Shown here: one piece after another, positions 48,447 to 58,184 of the stretch
Numbering within the stretch: position 1 is the first letter of the stretch
Layout of the letters: every line of letters begins with the position of its first letter
Assembly: GCA_964429225.1 (NCBI GenBank)
Contig: CAYSAW010000002.1
Coordinates: forward strand, 33,293-97,292
Length of the DNA stretch: 64,000 nt
Source: an uncultured bacterium
Lineage (GTDB): Bacteria > Armatimonadota > DTGP01 > CAYSAW01
Direction: 5' to 3'
Notes under the pieces: model-generated
Database searches by the model: none
What the model was told of the DNA's origin: nothing
What the model saw: only the letters and a program-made list of their open reading frames with translations
Made by a program: the position numbers and the translations under genes

Positions 48447-48517
48447 GGGAAGAGAACTGGTGCTCACCCATTTTCTTATTCAAGGCCTGGTATATTCTTC
48501 CCTTTTTCGCCTCCACC

Positions 48518-49807
48518 TTATTCCCCCAGCATCACATCCCCAAATTGGGAGGCGTCCAAGGTAGACCCTCCTAACCCTCCACCCCACTCAAGCCAACCCC
48601 GAATCCGACCTTTATCCTCATCCTGAAGGCGGATAGCAAGGCGGAGAGGTTGACCCGGAGAAGGGCGAAAAGGCTCGAGCACAGACCACGGAAGGCGTGC
48701 TGAATAAAAAGTTTGGTCCTCCTTCCGGACTACTAAAAGAGTACTCCCCATCAACTCCCTGCCCTCTCCCCTTCGAATTCGCGACGTCTTGCCTATATTT
48801 CGGGCGGACAAAATCAACCGAACCGGCTTAGCCTCCCGGGGCGAGAGTGAAGGCAAGCAAAGGCCTATTTCTATTTGATCCCCAGGACTCCAGTCATTAT
48901 CTTTCGCCACAGCGAAAAGATAGAGGTATTGCTCATCCCACTGAAGACGAAGGCTTCCTGCGATATCTCCGGGCCCCCCAAAACCTTGAACCCCTGGAGC
49001 AGAAACTGGCTTGCTAATCAGCAGAGAAGGAATCTCCTCCCATCCCTTAAAGGAAACTTCCCCCGAAGGAGGCACCGAGGCTCGAGGAATAGCGAAAAAA
49101 GTTAGGTTCCTGGAGAAGGTTTTCCGAAAACCTTCCCAGGTTTCTAAACGAGCTGTAAAGCGATAAGCAACCCCAGGTGCCATTCCTCCCGCCAGAGGGA
49201 TGGATACCTTTGTGGATTGGCCCGGATCGAGGTCAAGGAGGGAGGAAACGATATCCTGAAGCAAACGATTAGGATTACTTAAAACCACCCTCCCTTTTAG
49301 CCTCCGAAGGGGATGAGGATTACCCACCCATACTTGAACCGCACCCTTGAGGGGATCAGGAATGAGCTCCAGGAGAGGGATCACTATCCTTATTCCATAA
49401 GCCGATTCCCCTAACCGCCTCCCTCCGGAGAGAACTTCCACCTTAACAGAGTAGGTTCCTGGAGAAAGGCCTTCAGCAGAGAAGAATTTGGGGAAAAATT
49501 TCGCTCCCCAAACTGGCAACCGACCAGCCCAACCCTCGGGGGAAACCCTCAGACCTGGCGGACAAAGGATCCGAGCCGAAGCTTGGGGTATCGTTCGTCC
49601 CGAGAGATTCACTAAAGTAACGGTTGCGGGATAAGCTTCTCCTGGTGCTAAAGTCAGCATCTCAGGAGAAAAATGCACCGACACCCTTAGGGAACCCAAG
49701 ACCCTTGTTTCTTGAGGAGGGCGTAACCTCTGAACCGCCTCCCCTGCCCCAACGGGGTGGAAAGGAAGGCCTAAAACCAGAGCTAAAAGGCAAAGAACTT
49801 TTTTCAT
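48518..49807 (-). CDS. Hypothetical secreted protein (about 430 aa)
   Basis: Signal peptide MKKVLCLLALVLGLPFHPVGAGEA at an internal Met. The track ORF starts at 49909. Beta-rich composition, no motif recognised. Confidence 0.5.
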   Translation of the reverse strand: MKKVLCLLALVLGLPFHPVGAGEAVQRLRPPQETRVLGSLRVSVHFSPEMLTLAPGEAYPATVTLVNLSGRTIPQASARILCPPGLRVSPEGWAGRLPVWGAKFFPKFFSAEGLSPGTYSVKVEVLSGGRRLGESAYGIRIVIPLLELIPDPLKGAVQVWVGNPHPLRRLKGRVVLSNPNRLLQDIVSSLLDLDPGQSTKVSIPLAGGMAPGVAYRFTARLETWEGFRKTFSRNLTFFAIPRASVPPSGEVSFKGWEEIPSLLISKPVSAPGVQGFGGPGDIAGSLRLQWDEQYLYLFAVAKDNDWSPGDQIEIGLCLPSLSPREAKPVRLILSARNIGKTSRIRRGEGRELMGSTLLVVRKEDQTFYSARLPWSVLEPFRPSPGQPLRLAIRLQDEDKGRIRGWLEWGGGLGGSTLDASQFGDVMLGE

Positions 49808-49951
49808 CCTTAGTAGATTCTCTCTCCTAGAACTCTTTCGGCACGAAAGAAGGTTTATCCTATAAGGGACTATCCTCCTTATGTCGAAGCTCTCTCCTGG
49901 AGAAAACAAGTCTTGGAGGCTTACTCTTTTTCTTTCTAAGGAGCGGACACG

Positions 49952-52900
49952 GTGGATATAAAAGAAGCTTTTCAGAAACTGGGTGAGCAGATGGAAAGAG
50001 GTGAGGTGGACCCTTTCCTCCTCCCCTCAGTTTTTTGGTCTTGGAATGAAGACCTCCAACTGAAGGAGTTAAGCCGGCAAATTCGGGAAATGAAAAGGGC
50101 TGGGCTAGGGGGATATTTTATGCACAGCCGAATAGGGCTTATCCCCTCCCTCTTGAGTGAGGAGTGGATACGTTGTATTCAAGCAGCGATTCAATCGGGA
50201 AAAGAAGAGGGGTTAAAAGCCTGGCTCTATGATGAAGACTGCTGGTCCATTGATTCAGCAAGAGACCGCATGCTCCAAAGGGGTCCGGAATACCTCCAAA
50301 AGTGGTTAGAGGTAAAGATATGGTCTCCCCACGAGTATCAACTCCAGGAACGCACCTTGGCAACCTTTATCGGTGTCCCTAAAGGCCGATCCTGGGAGAA
50401 TTTGCGGCGCGTCCCTGTTGAACAAGCAAGTCAATTCGTCCGATCCCCAGAAGAAAAAATCCTGGAGTTCTCTTGGAAAGCCAGCCAATATGTGGACTTG
50501 CTGAATCCCAAAACGGTAAGGGTCTTTCTAGAAGAGAGCTACAAAGCTCATATCCCGGTATGCGGAGAAGAATTCGGTCAAGCAGTTCTCGGTGTCTTTA
50601 TGGATGAACCTCAATGGCAAGCGATCCCATGGTCTTCAGCTTTAGCCGAAGCTTTCGCCCGCAGCACAGGACAAGATCTTCTGGACCTGCTTCCCGCTCT
50701 CTTCTATGATCTAGAAAAAGCTCCTAAAGTGCGTTTTGACTTCTGGAAAACCGCCACCCAGCAATTTGTTGAATCTTTCTCCCGCCAAATCGGTGAATGG
50801 TGCGAGCAACATCACCTGATCCTCACCGGTCAAATGATGTCAGAAAATAGTCTCTCTGCCCAGATAGAGGCAGTGGGAGCGGTAATGCCCCATTACGAAT
50901 ATTTCCAGATGCCGGGGATTGGCCACCTTGGTCGGCGTCTCTCAGCCCCAGTAGTCCCTAAACAAGTGGCCAGTGTGGGCCGGCAGTTAGGGAAAAGAGT
51001 CCTCTCAAAGACTTTTGGGGGCTCGGGATGGAATGTGACCCTCGAGAACCTCAAGCTCATCGCTGAGTGGCAGTTAGCTTTAGGCATTAACTTTTTCTGC
51101 CCCCACCTCTCCCTCTACTCCCTCCGGGGTTGTCGGAAACGAGATTATCCCCCTTCCCTCCACTACCAGATGCCTTGGTGGCCTGAATATACCGCTCTTA
51201 ACCGTCGGATAGCCCGGGAAATCTTTCTTCTCACTCAAGGAAAACCAGTAACCGATATCCTCCTTCTTCATCCGATTACCTCCGCTTGGGTTCTCTATAA
51301 TCCTTGGGACTCCTCGGAAGTCCAATCTCTCCATCAGGATTTTGTCGAGCTCAGCTCCCTCCTGCTCTCCCTCCATAGGGATTACGACTATGGCGACGAG
51401 CTTCTTATAGCCAAATATGCTAAGGTTGAGAAAAACAAAATCCTCCTGGGCCAGCAAACTTACTCCCTCCTTCTACTCCCTCCTATAGTTAATCTATGCT
51501 CCTCCACGGTGAACTTGATAGAAGAATTCCTAAAGCAAGGGGGAAAGGTTGTTGCAGTCTTTCAAGAGGGAAAGCCGATCGTTCGCTTTGTCAGCGGTGA
51601 AGAAAACGCTCAAGCTAAAGCCATCTCGGCTTTACTCGCTGAAAAAGCTACTTTGGTTCCGCTAGAAGAAAACCGCCTGGATCACGCTCTCTTTACCACG
51701 ATGCTTCCCAGGGTTCAGATCAAAGATGAAGAGGGAGCTCACGCCAGTTCCATCCTTTACCAAGAGAGAGAATTAGAAGGGGGTAAACGCCTCTTTTTCT
51801 TTGTCAACACCGACCAAGAACGAGAGATCCCAACGACAGTAGCCTTGATGGCGACGGGAACCGTCGAGGAATGGGATCCGGATACAGGGCAGATCACCGA
51901 GATTCCTTCTCGGGAAATCCGAGGGATCTCTACCTTCAACCTCTCCTTCTCCCCAGCGGGGAGTAAAGTGATTATCGTGGATTCGCAACGCCCTCACACC
52001 CCCAAACCAAACCTCAGAAAGACCAATGTAGGCTTATTTTACTTAGAGGATCAGTGGCACCTCCGCCGACTAGGGCCTAATGCTCTTACCCTAGACTACG
52101 CGCGCTTCTCCGTAAACGGAGGCCCTTGGTCAGAACCTCGATATCTCCCTCACCTTCAAAAAGAGCTCTCCACCTTAGACCGATCTGCAGACGTCTCCTT
52201 AGAGTTCTCGATTAAGAGCAGAATCCCCCATCCCCCTCAGGATCTCTACCTGGTTCTTGAGGAGCCTTGGGCCTATAAGATTGAGTGGAACAACACAGAG
52301 ATCCCCTACCGGGATGAAGGTTGGTGGGTAGATATTTCCTTCAGAAAAATCCCTTTAGCAGGCCTCCTTAAGCCTGGGGAAAACCTTCTGCGCCTTACTC
52401 GGAGGTTTCCAGGGCGAGCAGAGAGAGATAAGATCACCAAGGACTCTTCTCTCCCCCAAAAGGAACGCCATCGCTTGTGTTACGGAGTGGAACTGGAGGC
52501 GGTCTACTTGATCGGTGACTTCGACGTTCGCTCCGAAAAACCCTTTACCCTTCTAAAAACCGGTTGTTTCGGAACAGATGGCCCCTTTGTTTTAACACCT
52601 CCTGCTGAAGAAGCCTACACCGGTGACCTCTCTCAACAAGGACTACCCTTCTTTGCGGGTTCAGTAGCGCTGGAGCAAAACGTGGAAATCCCCGAAAGAC
52701 CTTTCGGTGAAGTTCGAGTCTTCCTAGAGTTTGAAAAGATCTTCGCCTCCGTCTGTCGAGTCTCGGTCAATGGTCAAGAAGTGGGGAAGCTTTATTGGCG
52801 CCCTTGGCGAATAGAAATTACTCCCTTCATCCGAGATGGAGAAACCCACCGGATTCAAATTGAGCTGACCAGTGGTTTGCGAAACTTGTTAGGTCCTCAC

Positions 52901-53119
52901 CATCACCTTGCCGGGGAGCCGACGTTGGTAGGACCTGACTCTTTTCTCAGGCGTAAATCTTGGACTGACCCCCAAGACGCTCCGGAGAATACCTTTACGG
53001 ATCGTTATGCCTTTGTCGCCTTCGGATTAGAGGGTACCCCAGCAATCCTCTACGAAATCCACGAAATCCCTCAGGAGAGAAAATTGAGGGATGAGGAGCT
53101 TCGGCGATGGAAATTTTAG
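49952..53119 (+). CDS. Very large (1055 aa) putative glycoside hydrolase-like protein
   Basis: N-terminus FWSWNEDL...LSRQIREMKRAGLGGYFMHSRIGL resembles the N-terminal TIM-barrel signature of a glycoside-hydrolase family I know only vaguely. Sits among GH38 and other carbohydrate genes. The family could not be confirmed. Confidence 0.45.
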   Translation: MDIKEAFQKLGEQMERGEVDPFLLPSVFWSWNEDLQLKELSRQIREMKRAGLGGYFMHSRIGLIPSLLSEEWIRCIQAAIQSGKEEGLKAWLYDEDCWSIDSARDRMLQRGPEYLQKWLEVKIWSPHEYQLQERTLATFIGVPKGRSWENLRRVPVEQASQFVRSPEEKILEFSWKASQYVDLLNPKTVRVFLEESYKAHIPVCGEEFGQAVLGVFMDEPQWQAIPWSSALAEAFARSTGQDLLDLLPALFYDLEKAPKVRFDFWKTATQQFVESFSRQIGEWCEQHHLILTGQMMSENSLSAQIEAVGAVMPHYEYFQMPGIGHLGRRLSAPVVPKQVASVGRQLGKRVLSKTFGGSGWNVTLENLKLIAEWQLALGINFFCPHLSLYSLRGCRKRDYPPSLHYQMPWWPEYTALNRRIAREIFLLTQGKPVTDILLLHPITSAWVLYNPWDSSEVQSLHQDFVELSSLLLSLHRDYDYGDELLIAKYAKVEKNKILLGQQTYSLLLLPPIVNLCSSTVNLIEEFLKQGGKVVAVFQEGKPIVRFVSGEENAQAKAISALLAEKATLVPLEENRLDHALFTTMLPRVQIKDEEGAHASSILYQERELEGGKRLFFFVNTDQEREIPTTVALMATGTVEEWDPDTGQITEIPSREIRGISTFNLSFSPAGSKVIIVDSQRPHTPKPNLRKTNVGLFYLEDQWHLRRLGPNALTLDYARFSVNGGPWSEPRYLPHLQKELSTLDRSADVSLEFSIKSRIPHPPQDLYLVLEEPWAYKIEWNNTEIPYRDEGWWVDISFRKIPLAGLLKPGENLLRLTRRFPGRAERDKITKDSSLPQKERHRLCYGVELEAVYLIGDFDVRSEKPFTLLKTGCFGTDGPFVLTPPAEEAYTGDLSQQGLPFFAGSVALEQNVEIPERPFGEVRVFLEFEKIFASVCRVSVNGQEVGKLYWRPWRIEITPFIRDGETHRIQIELTSGLRNLLGPHHHLAGEPTLVGPDSFLRRKSWTDPQDAPENTFTDRYAFVAFGLEGTPAILYEIHEIPQERKLRDEELRRWKF

Positions 53120-54177
53120 TTCTTTTTACTCAACCTTGACTTCATCCTCTTTGCCAAAGCTCTCCCTTTCCGTTCAGAATACCTTAGGTTGGAGGTCTGA
53201 CGCGCCCTCTTCTGGGCTAACTCTCTCAAACGATAGTACCTCTGGACTGCTCTTTCAACCTTCGGGTCGGGAGGAATAGCCTCAGTAATCGGGATAAGCT
53301 CCGCCTCAAAATGAGAAAGGCAGTAAAGACCTGGCTCCTCTCTTTGAAAATAGAGATCAAGTTTCCCCAACCAGAGGCCATATTCTCCTGCTTGCACGAT
53401 GGGAATTCCTAAGCCACAAGCGGAGGGAGAACCTCCTCTCTTCGGCAGGATTAAAGGAGGATTTAACCGGGTATGGGAGTCTCCTCCCACTATAACATCC
53501 AGCTCAGGAAAGCTGCGGGCAAGCTCCTCATCCATCCACACCGTAAGATGGGTGAGAGCAATCAGGATATCTACTCTGGGTCGCAAAAAGCGGACCATCC
53601 GCCGGCAGGCCAAGAAAGGATCTTCTACCATAATCTGTCCCTGGACTTGGGGGTAAAACATTATCCTTGGAGCAGTAAGACCAAAAAGCCCCACCCTAAC
53701 CCCACAAAGGTTGTAAACCACATAAGGTTTGGCGATATACTCCCCCCCTTTATCCCTTACGTTAGCCGAAAGGATGGGAAATCGGGCTTCCGCTATCCGC
53801 TTTTTGAGCTCAGGAAGAGAATTGTAGAACTCCCCGTTACCCAGGCACATCGCCTCATATCCCGCTAGGTTCATCGCCTCGACCTCAGCCCTCCCCCGGA
53901 ACAGCGGGAACAGATCACTTCGGGAATAAACATCACCCGCATCTAAAACCAGTACCTCCGGACGCTTACCTCCCAACTTTTTGATCAAAGTAGCCCTTTG
54001 GGCGATACCACCTGCCTTTTTATGGGTTCCTTGACGGAAGGGAAGGAGATGGCCATGGGTGTCATTCGTATAGAGGATTCGGAGGTGAAAGGAAGAAGAG
54101 GCGGTTTCTGCCCAAAGAGGGCCTTCCCCTCCAAAAACTTCCAGGATGAAAAAGAGGATAAGAAAGAAAACCATCAA
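53116..54177 (-). CDS. Metallophosphatase / 5'-nucleotidase family protein (UshA N-terminal domain-like), secreted
   Basis: Signal peptide, then ILYTNDTHGHL (metallophosphoesterase motif I). GNGEF.., LDAGD and GGDSH motifs. Confidence 0.8.
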   Translation of the reverse strand: MMVFFLILFFILEVFGGEGPLWAETASSSFHLRILYTNDTHGHLLPFRQGTHKKAGGIAQRATLIKKLGGKRPEVLVLDAGDVYSRSDLFPLFRGRAEVEAMNLAGYEAMCLGNGEFYNSLPELKKRIAEARFPILSANVRDKGGEYIAKPYVVYNLCGVRVGLFGLTAPRIMFYPQVQGQIMVEDPFLACRRMVRFLRPRVDILIALTHLTVWMDEELARSFPELDVIVGGDSHTRLNPPLILPKRGGSPSACGLGIPIVQAGEYGLWLGKLDLYFQREEPGLYCLSHFEAELIPITEAIPPDPKVERAVQRYYRLRELAQKRARQTSNLRYSERKGRALAKRMKSRLSKKN

Positions 54178-54821
54178 GAAGATCGGTTAAGCTTAGCGGA
54201 TACCCAGAGAACATCTATCAAAGCGATGATATAAATGAGGAAGAACAGAAAACCGAAAAGGGTGCCGGAACCGATGAAAGAGGAGGTAACCCTCGGAGAA
54301 GGGATAAAATCCCCTTCAGAGGTCCCCAACCCTCCTTGCAAAGTTGTGACTAAGGGAGTGATAAAAGCCAAAAAAGCTCGGGTAAACAGAACAAGGCCTA
54401 GACCTGCAAAGATGAAACCTTTGATCCACTGGCCAAGGTAGAACTGCCCCAATCCCGGCCAACCCAAGCTAAGAATAACCGCCTTGATTCCGCTTTTTTT
54501 CTGAGCTGAGGAGGGTCGAGATACCGGGGAGGAAGAAGCCCCTGGAGTGGGGGTTGTTTTGATAATCAACCGAGCCAGCTTGGTCTCCACCGAGGCTCTC
54601 CCCGGAAAATCTTGGAGGAGAGAACGGTAAATCTCCTTGGCTTGATCATATTGTCCCTGAGCCTCTAAAAGGTCTCCCAATAACTCTCGGGCATAGGCAT
54701 CGTGAGGGTTCAGGAGCAAAGCTTGCCGACATTTCGCCTCCGCTTCGGCCCATTGCCCCCGAACTCGATGGACATTGGCTTCGGTCAGCAAACGATCAAC
54801 CTCAGGATGCCCCTGATTCAT
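54174..54821 (-). CDS. TPR-repeat protein with C-terminal transmembrane helices
   Basis: N-terminal TPR-like helices (RGQWAEAEAKCRQALLLNPHDAYARELLGDLLEAQGQYDQAKEIY). Three or four hydrophobic helices at the C-terminus. Confidence 0.55.
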   Translation of the reverse strand: MNQGHPEVDRLLTEANVHRVRGQWAEAEAKCRQALLLNPHDAYARELLGDLLEAQGQYDQAKEIYRSLLQDFPGRASVETKLARLIIKTTPTPGASSSPVSRPSSAQKKSGIKAVILSLGWPGLGQFYLGQWIKGFIFAGLGLVLFTRAFLAFITPLVTTLQGGLGTSEGDFIPSPRVTSSFIGSGTLFGFLFFLIYIIALIDVLWVSAKLNRSS

Positions 54822-54962
54822 CGCTCAAGGCCTCCTTGGCTAAAGTAGAAAGAAGACAAACAGAACCCCAACCGGATGATCCACTCTATTGATACCATAA
54901 TTTAAGGGTATCCCCCAAATGTAGTGGTCAAGGGTTTGGGAAAGGGTACAGATACTCAAAAA

Positions 54963-55793
54963 TTAAAAGTGGATCAAAGAGAGGATTAAAACAAATAAAG
55001 TTCCCGCTAAAAGGAGACTATCAAAGCGGTCGAGAACCCCTCCATGCCCTGGTATAAGAGAACTTATGTCTTTAATCCCCGCCTCTCGCTTCAAACCTGA
55101 TTGAAATAAATCCCCTATCTGGCCTAAAATCCCTCCCACAGCTCCTGCCAATAGACCCAAGGAGAAGGAGCGGAAGAACAAAAAGCCTAAAAGCAAACCT
55201 ACGAGAATACCTGCGATACCCCCACCTATAGAGCCCTCAAGGGTCTTCCCCGGGGAAAGTTGGGGAACCAGTTTCCTCCTCCCCCACCACCTGCCAGTAA
55301 ACAGGGCGAAACTGTCTGTAGCCCAAACGGAGAAAGTAATGAGCAAAACTAAGGCAGAACCTGTTTCTAAAATGGGTGAAGAAACGCCAATCCCCCGATC
55401 AGGCCAACTCCGAAGGACTGTTAACCCGCCAAACAAGGAAATATAAAACCCGCAGAGAAGCCCATATGCACTATCACGCCCTGTATGAATCTCTAGGGAA
55501 CGTCCTGCTTTGACCACCTCCCAAAGGAAAGCTCCAAAGCATAAGCCCAACACCATAGAGAGAAGATTCTTTTCTCCTATCACCTCCCAAAGAGGATATA
55601 GAGGGCCTAACAAGCCGGAGAGTGAGAGAAAAGGGTTAGGGCAAATCCCTTGGGAACGGTAAACTTTATGCATCTCTATTAAACCAACCATGGCTAAAAC
55701 CAAAATTCCCAAGGTAAAGGGTACCACCCCCCATAAACAAATCCCTAAGAAAAGGGGAATACCAAGGAGAGCGCTAAACCAACGCAACGCCAT
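54963..55793 (-). CDS. cdsA: Phosphatidate cytidylyltransferase
   Basis: C-terminal CdsA signature SPGKTLEGSIGG...GIKDISSLIPGHGGVLDRFDSLLL. Confidence 0.88.
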   Translation of the reverse strand: MALRWFSALLGIPLFLGICLWGVVPFTLGILVLAMVGLIEMHKVYRSQGICPNPFLSLSGLLGPLYPLWEVIGEKNLLSMVLGLCFGAFLWEVVKAGRSLEIHTGRDSAYGLLCGFYISLFGGLTVLRSWPDRGIGVSSPILETGSALVLLITFSVWATDSFALFTGRWWGRRKLVPQLSPGKTLEGSIGGGIAGILVGLLLGFLFFRSFSLGLLAGAVGGILGQIGDLFQSGLKREAGIKDISSLIPGHGGVLDRFDSLLLAGTLFVLILSLIHF

Positions 55794-55796
55794 TAG

Positions 55797-57095
55797 CTAC
55801 TCTACTCCACGAACCTTGCGCAGAAAAAGGGCACTCAACAGAAGAAAGAAGGCCGACAGGGAGAAGATTACCGTATATCCTTCCAGGGAGTAACGAATGA
55901 TCTCTCCCTTGGGAGTAGGAGAGGTTCTGCCAAAATAATGAAGCAAACTCCCCGCTAACGGAGGAGCAATAGTTTGGGGAAGGACCATCGCGATATGCCA
56001 GACCCCCATATCCTTAGCAACTTGATTCTTATGGGGCAGAACATCACAAGCCATCGCCCAATCCACACTGGCATAAGCTCCATATCCCAAACCATAAAAA
56101 GCTCCTAAGAAATAGACAACAGGGAGTGAACCGCAAAAAAGGAATCCCAAAGCGACGATCGCCATCAGTAAATTGGCCGAATAAACGATCTTCTTACGGC
56201 CCAAGCGGTCTGAGAGCTTTCCTCCCCACAGGCTGGTTAGCAAAGCACCGGTCAAGGCAATCCCTAAAAGATGAGCAATCGCCCGTTCTGGCTCTTCCAC
56301 ACCGATAATGTCACGCAGATAATATACCAGATACTCCTGAACCATCCACATCCCCATAGTGAAGAGGGCACGGGTGATCCACACCCAAGCAAAATCAGGA
56401 TGCCGTCGAGGGTCAATCCAAAGGCTTCTTAAGAAGGCTATCCAGCTGAAAGGAGGGGGCTTTTCGCGTAAAGGTTCTTCCTCCACGCTAAGGACAGTGA
56501 TACCTAGGAAAAATACCAGCAGAAATCCGATGAGGAGATAGCAAACGGTCATATGGCCTGCATCCACTAAATAACCGCTGAAGAAAGCTCCAAGAATAGT
56601 CCCTAGCAGAGCCATCATTGCCATATATCCGCTACTTTCTCCCCGCTGATCTTCAGGAACCATATCAGGGATGACACCTGTGTAAGAAGCAGTGGAATTA
56701 TTCCCTAACTGCACAACCCAGAATCCTAGAAGGTAGATCCAGAAATTCTGGAGTTCCCCTCCTCTCCACAGAAGCCCTAATCCGAGGAGGTTTACCGGAA
56801 CCCCTACCATCATAAAAGGTCGCCGCCGCCCCCAGGAGGAGGTACACCGGTCACTCCAAGCACCAATGATTAAAGGCCAAAGTATGGCGATGACTGCGCC
56901 AGACCCAATAATTAACCCCAAAGCCTGAGCCTTACGATCAGGAGCAATCTGGGCTACCTGATGGGGAAGGATCACCATCAGCAAGGCAGTCCAATGAAAG
57001 TTAGTAGCAAACCAAAAAGCACTGATCCCCAGCAGTTTTGCTGTCCCTAATCTCCTTCTAGGAACGATAACTCCTGCCTCTATCTCCTCCCCCAT
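55797..57095 (-). CDS. MFS transporter
   Basis: 432 aa, about 12 TM helices, with a 6+6 arrangement and a charged central loop. MFS-like motif GRLSDRLGRKK. Confidence 0.8.
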   Translation of the reverse strand: MGEEIEAGVIVPRRRLGTAKLLGISAFWFATNFHWTALLMVILPHQVAQIAPDRKAQALGLIIGSGAVIAILWPLIIGAWSDRCTSSWGRRRPFMMVGVPVNLLGLGLLWRGGELQNFWIYLLGFWVVQLGNNSTASYTGVIPDMVPEDQRGESSGYMAMMALLGTILGAFFSGYLVDAGHMTVCYLLIGFLLVFFLGITVLSVEEEPLREKPPPFSWIAFLRSLWIDPRRHPDFAWVWITRALFTMGMWMVQEYLVYYLRDIIGVEEPERAIAHLLGIALTGALLTSLWGGKLSDRLGRKKIVYSANLLMAIVALGFLFCGSLPVVYFLGAFYGLGYGAYASVDWAMACDVLPHKNQVAKDMGVWHIAMVLPQTIAPPLAGSLLHYFGRTSPTPKGEIIRYSLEGYTVIFSLSAFFLLLSALFLRKVRGVE

Positions 57096-57112
57096 TGAAC
57101 CAGCTCCTCACC

Positions 57113-58111
57113 CTAAGCCTGCGTCCAATCAAAAACTACACCAAGAATGGACAAGTCCTGTTCGAGGAAGCGAGGGTACATCTTCGGAGCCTCTGTAAAG
57201 GGCAAAAGATGGGTGATCAATTCCCGATAGTGAAGCTTGTTATAACGCATTAACTCTAAGGAAGTCGCAATATCCGGCGAATCCATTCCACAAGTAACCG
57301 CGATAATAGGTTTTTTGCTGTGGGTTTTATGAAAGTCAAAAGTAATAGGATCAGGATACCATCCTTGAAGCAAAAACTGCCCCTCCCATCGTAAAAGATC
57401 AACGCAAGAGGCAAATTGGTCGGCCCTCCCGGTAGTATCAATGACGACATCGGCCCCCTTCGGCCTTAAAAACCTTACCACCTCAGCCAGGTTCTGCTCT
57501 TTCGGATGAACCACCAGGTCCGCACTGTACTGCCTGCTGAGCTCTAAACGGGTATCGCTTAAATCCGTGGTTAAGACAATCCCTCCCCTTAATCGAGCAA
57601 ATTGCGCACTCCCCTGGCCTATCATTCCCTGCCCTTGAACGACCACCAAATCTCCAATCCGGATATCCAACATTTTAATTCCTCGGAAGCTCACGGCAGC
57701 TAAAGCGGATAAGGCTGCCTCGATCGGATCGGCATCTTCCGGTAAAGGGACTGGAGGATTAACGGAAGCGGTTTGTACAATAGCATAACTCGTATGACAA
57801 CCCATCCACGTGGGAGGAAAAGAGGAAGGAAGACGGCTGGAAGTGAAAATAACCTTTTGCCCCTCCTGATAGCCCTTCACCTCCGGCCCTAACTCTTCAA
57901 TGACTCCCACCGATTGATAACCGGGGACTATGGGAAAAGTTAACTCGGGCCGTTTCCCCATCAAAGCCCAAACTTCCGTCCCTTGACTTACCCCACTATA
58001 CTCCGTTCGGACCAAAACCTCCCCTGGAAGAAGATCAGGAAGGTCATACGACTGAATCTCCACCTGATTGGGAGCGGGGAATACAATTCCTTGAGCTTTT
58101 TTCCTTCTCAT
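57113..58111 (-). CDS. Zinc-dependent medium-chain dehydrogenase/reductase (MDR) family
   Basis: VLVRTEYSGVSQGTEVWAL (GroES-like catalytic domain). Rossmann VVQGQGMIGQG. Confidence 0.8.
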   Translation of the reverse strand: MRRKKAQGIVFPAPNQVEIQSYDLPDLLPGEVLVRTEYSGVSQGTEVWALMGKRPELTFPIVPGYQSVGVIEELGPEVKGYQEGQKVIFTSSRLPSSFPPTWMGCHTSYAIVQTASVNPPVPLPEDADPIEAALSALAAVSFRGIKMLDIRIGDLVVVQGQGMIGQGSAQFARLRGGIVLTTDLSDTRLELSRQYSADLVVHPKEQNLAEVVRFLRPKGADVVIDTTGRADQFASCVDLLRWEGQFLLQGWYPDPITFDFHKTHSKKPIIAVTCGMDSPDIATSLELMRYNKLHYRELITHLLPFTEAPKMYPRFLEQDLSILGVVFDWTQA

Positions 58112-58184
58112 CCTGCTCTCCTAAATCTTTACGCTTTTCCCTTTGAGCCTCGATTCAGGTATTATCCACTAACCCCTCCGGGTC

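Noticed and set aside
48240-48480. Possible tmRNA, RNase P RNA or SRP RNA in the long intergenic region. The ccgattcgatccg stretch resembles the tmRNA 5' region.
   Set aside because: The conserved RNase P P4 motifs (GGAAAGUCCGGGCUCC), the tmRNA T-arm/CCA acceptor end and the SRP domain IV motif are not present. Kept only as a generic candidate-sRNA finding.
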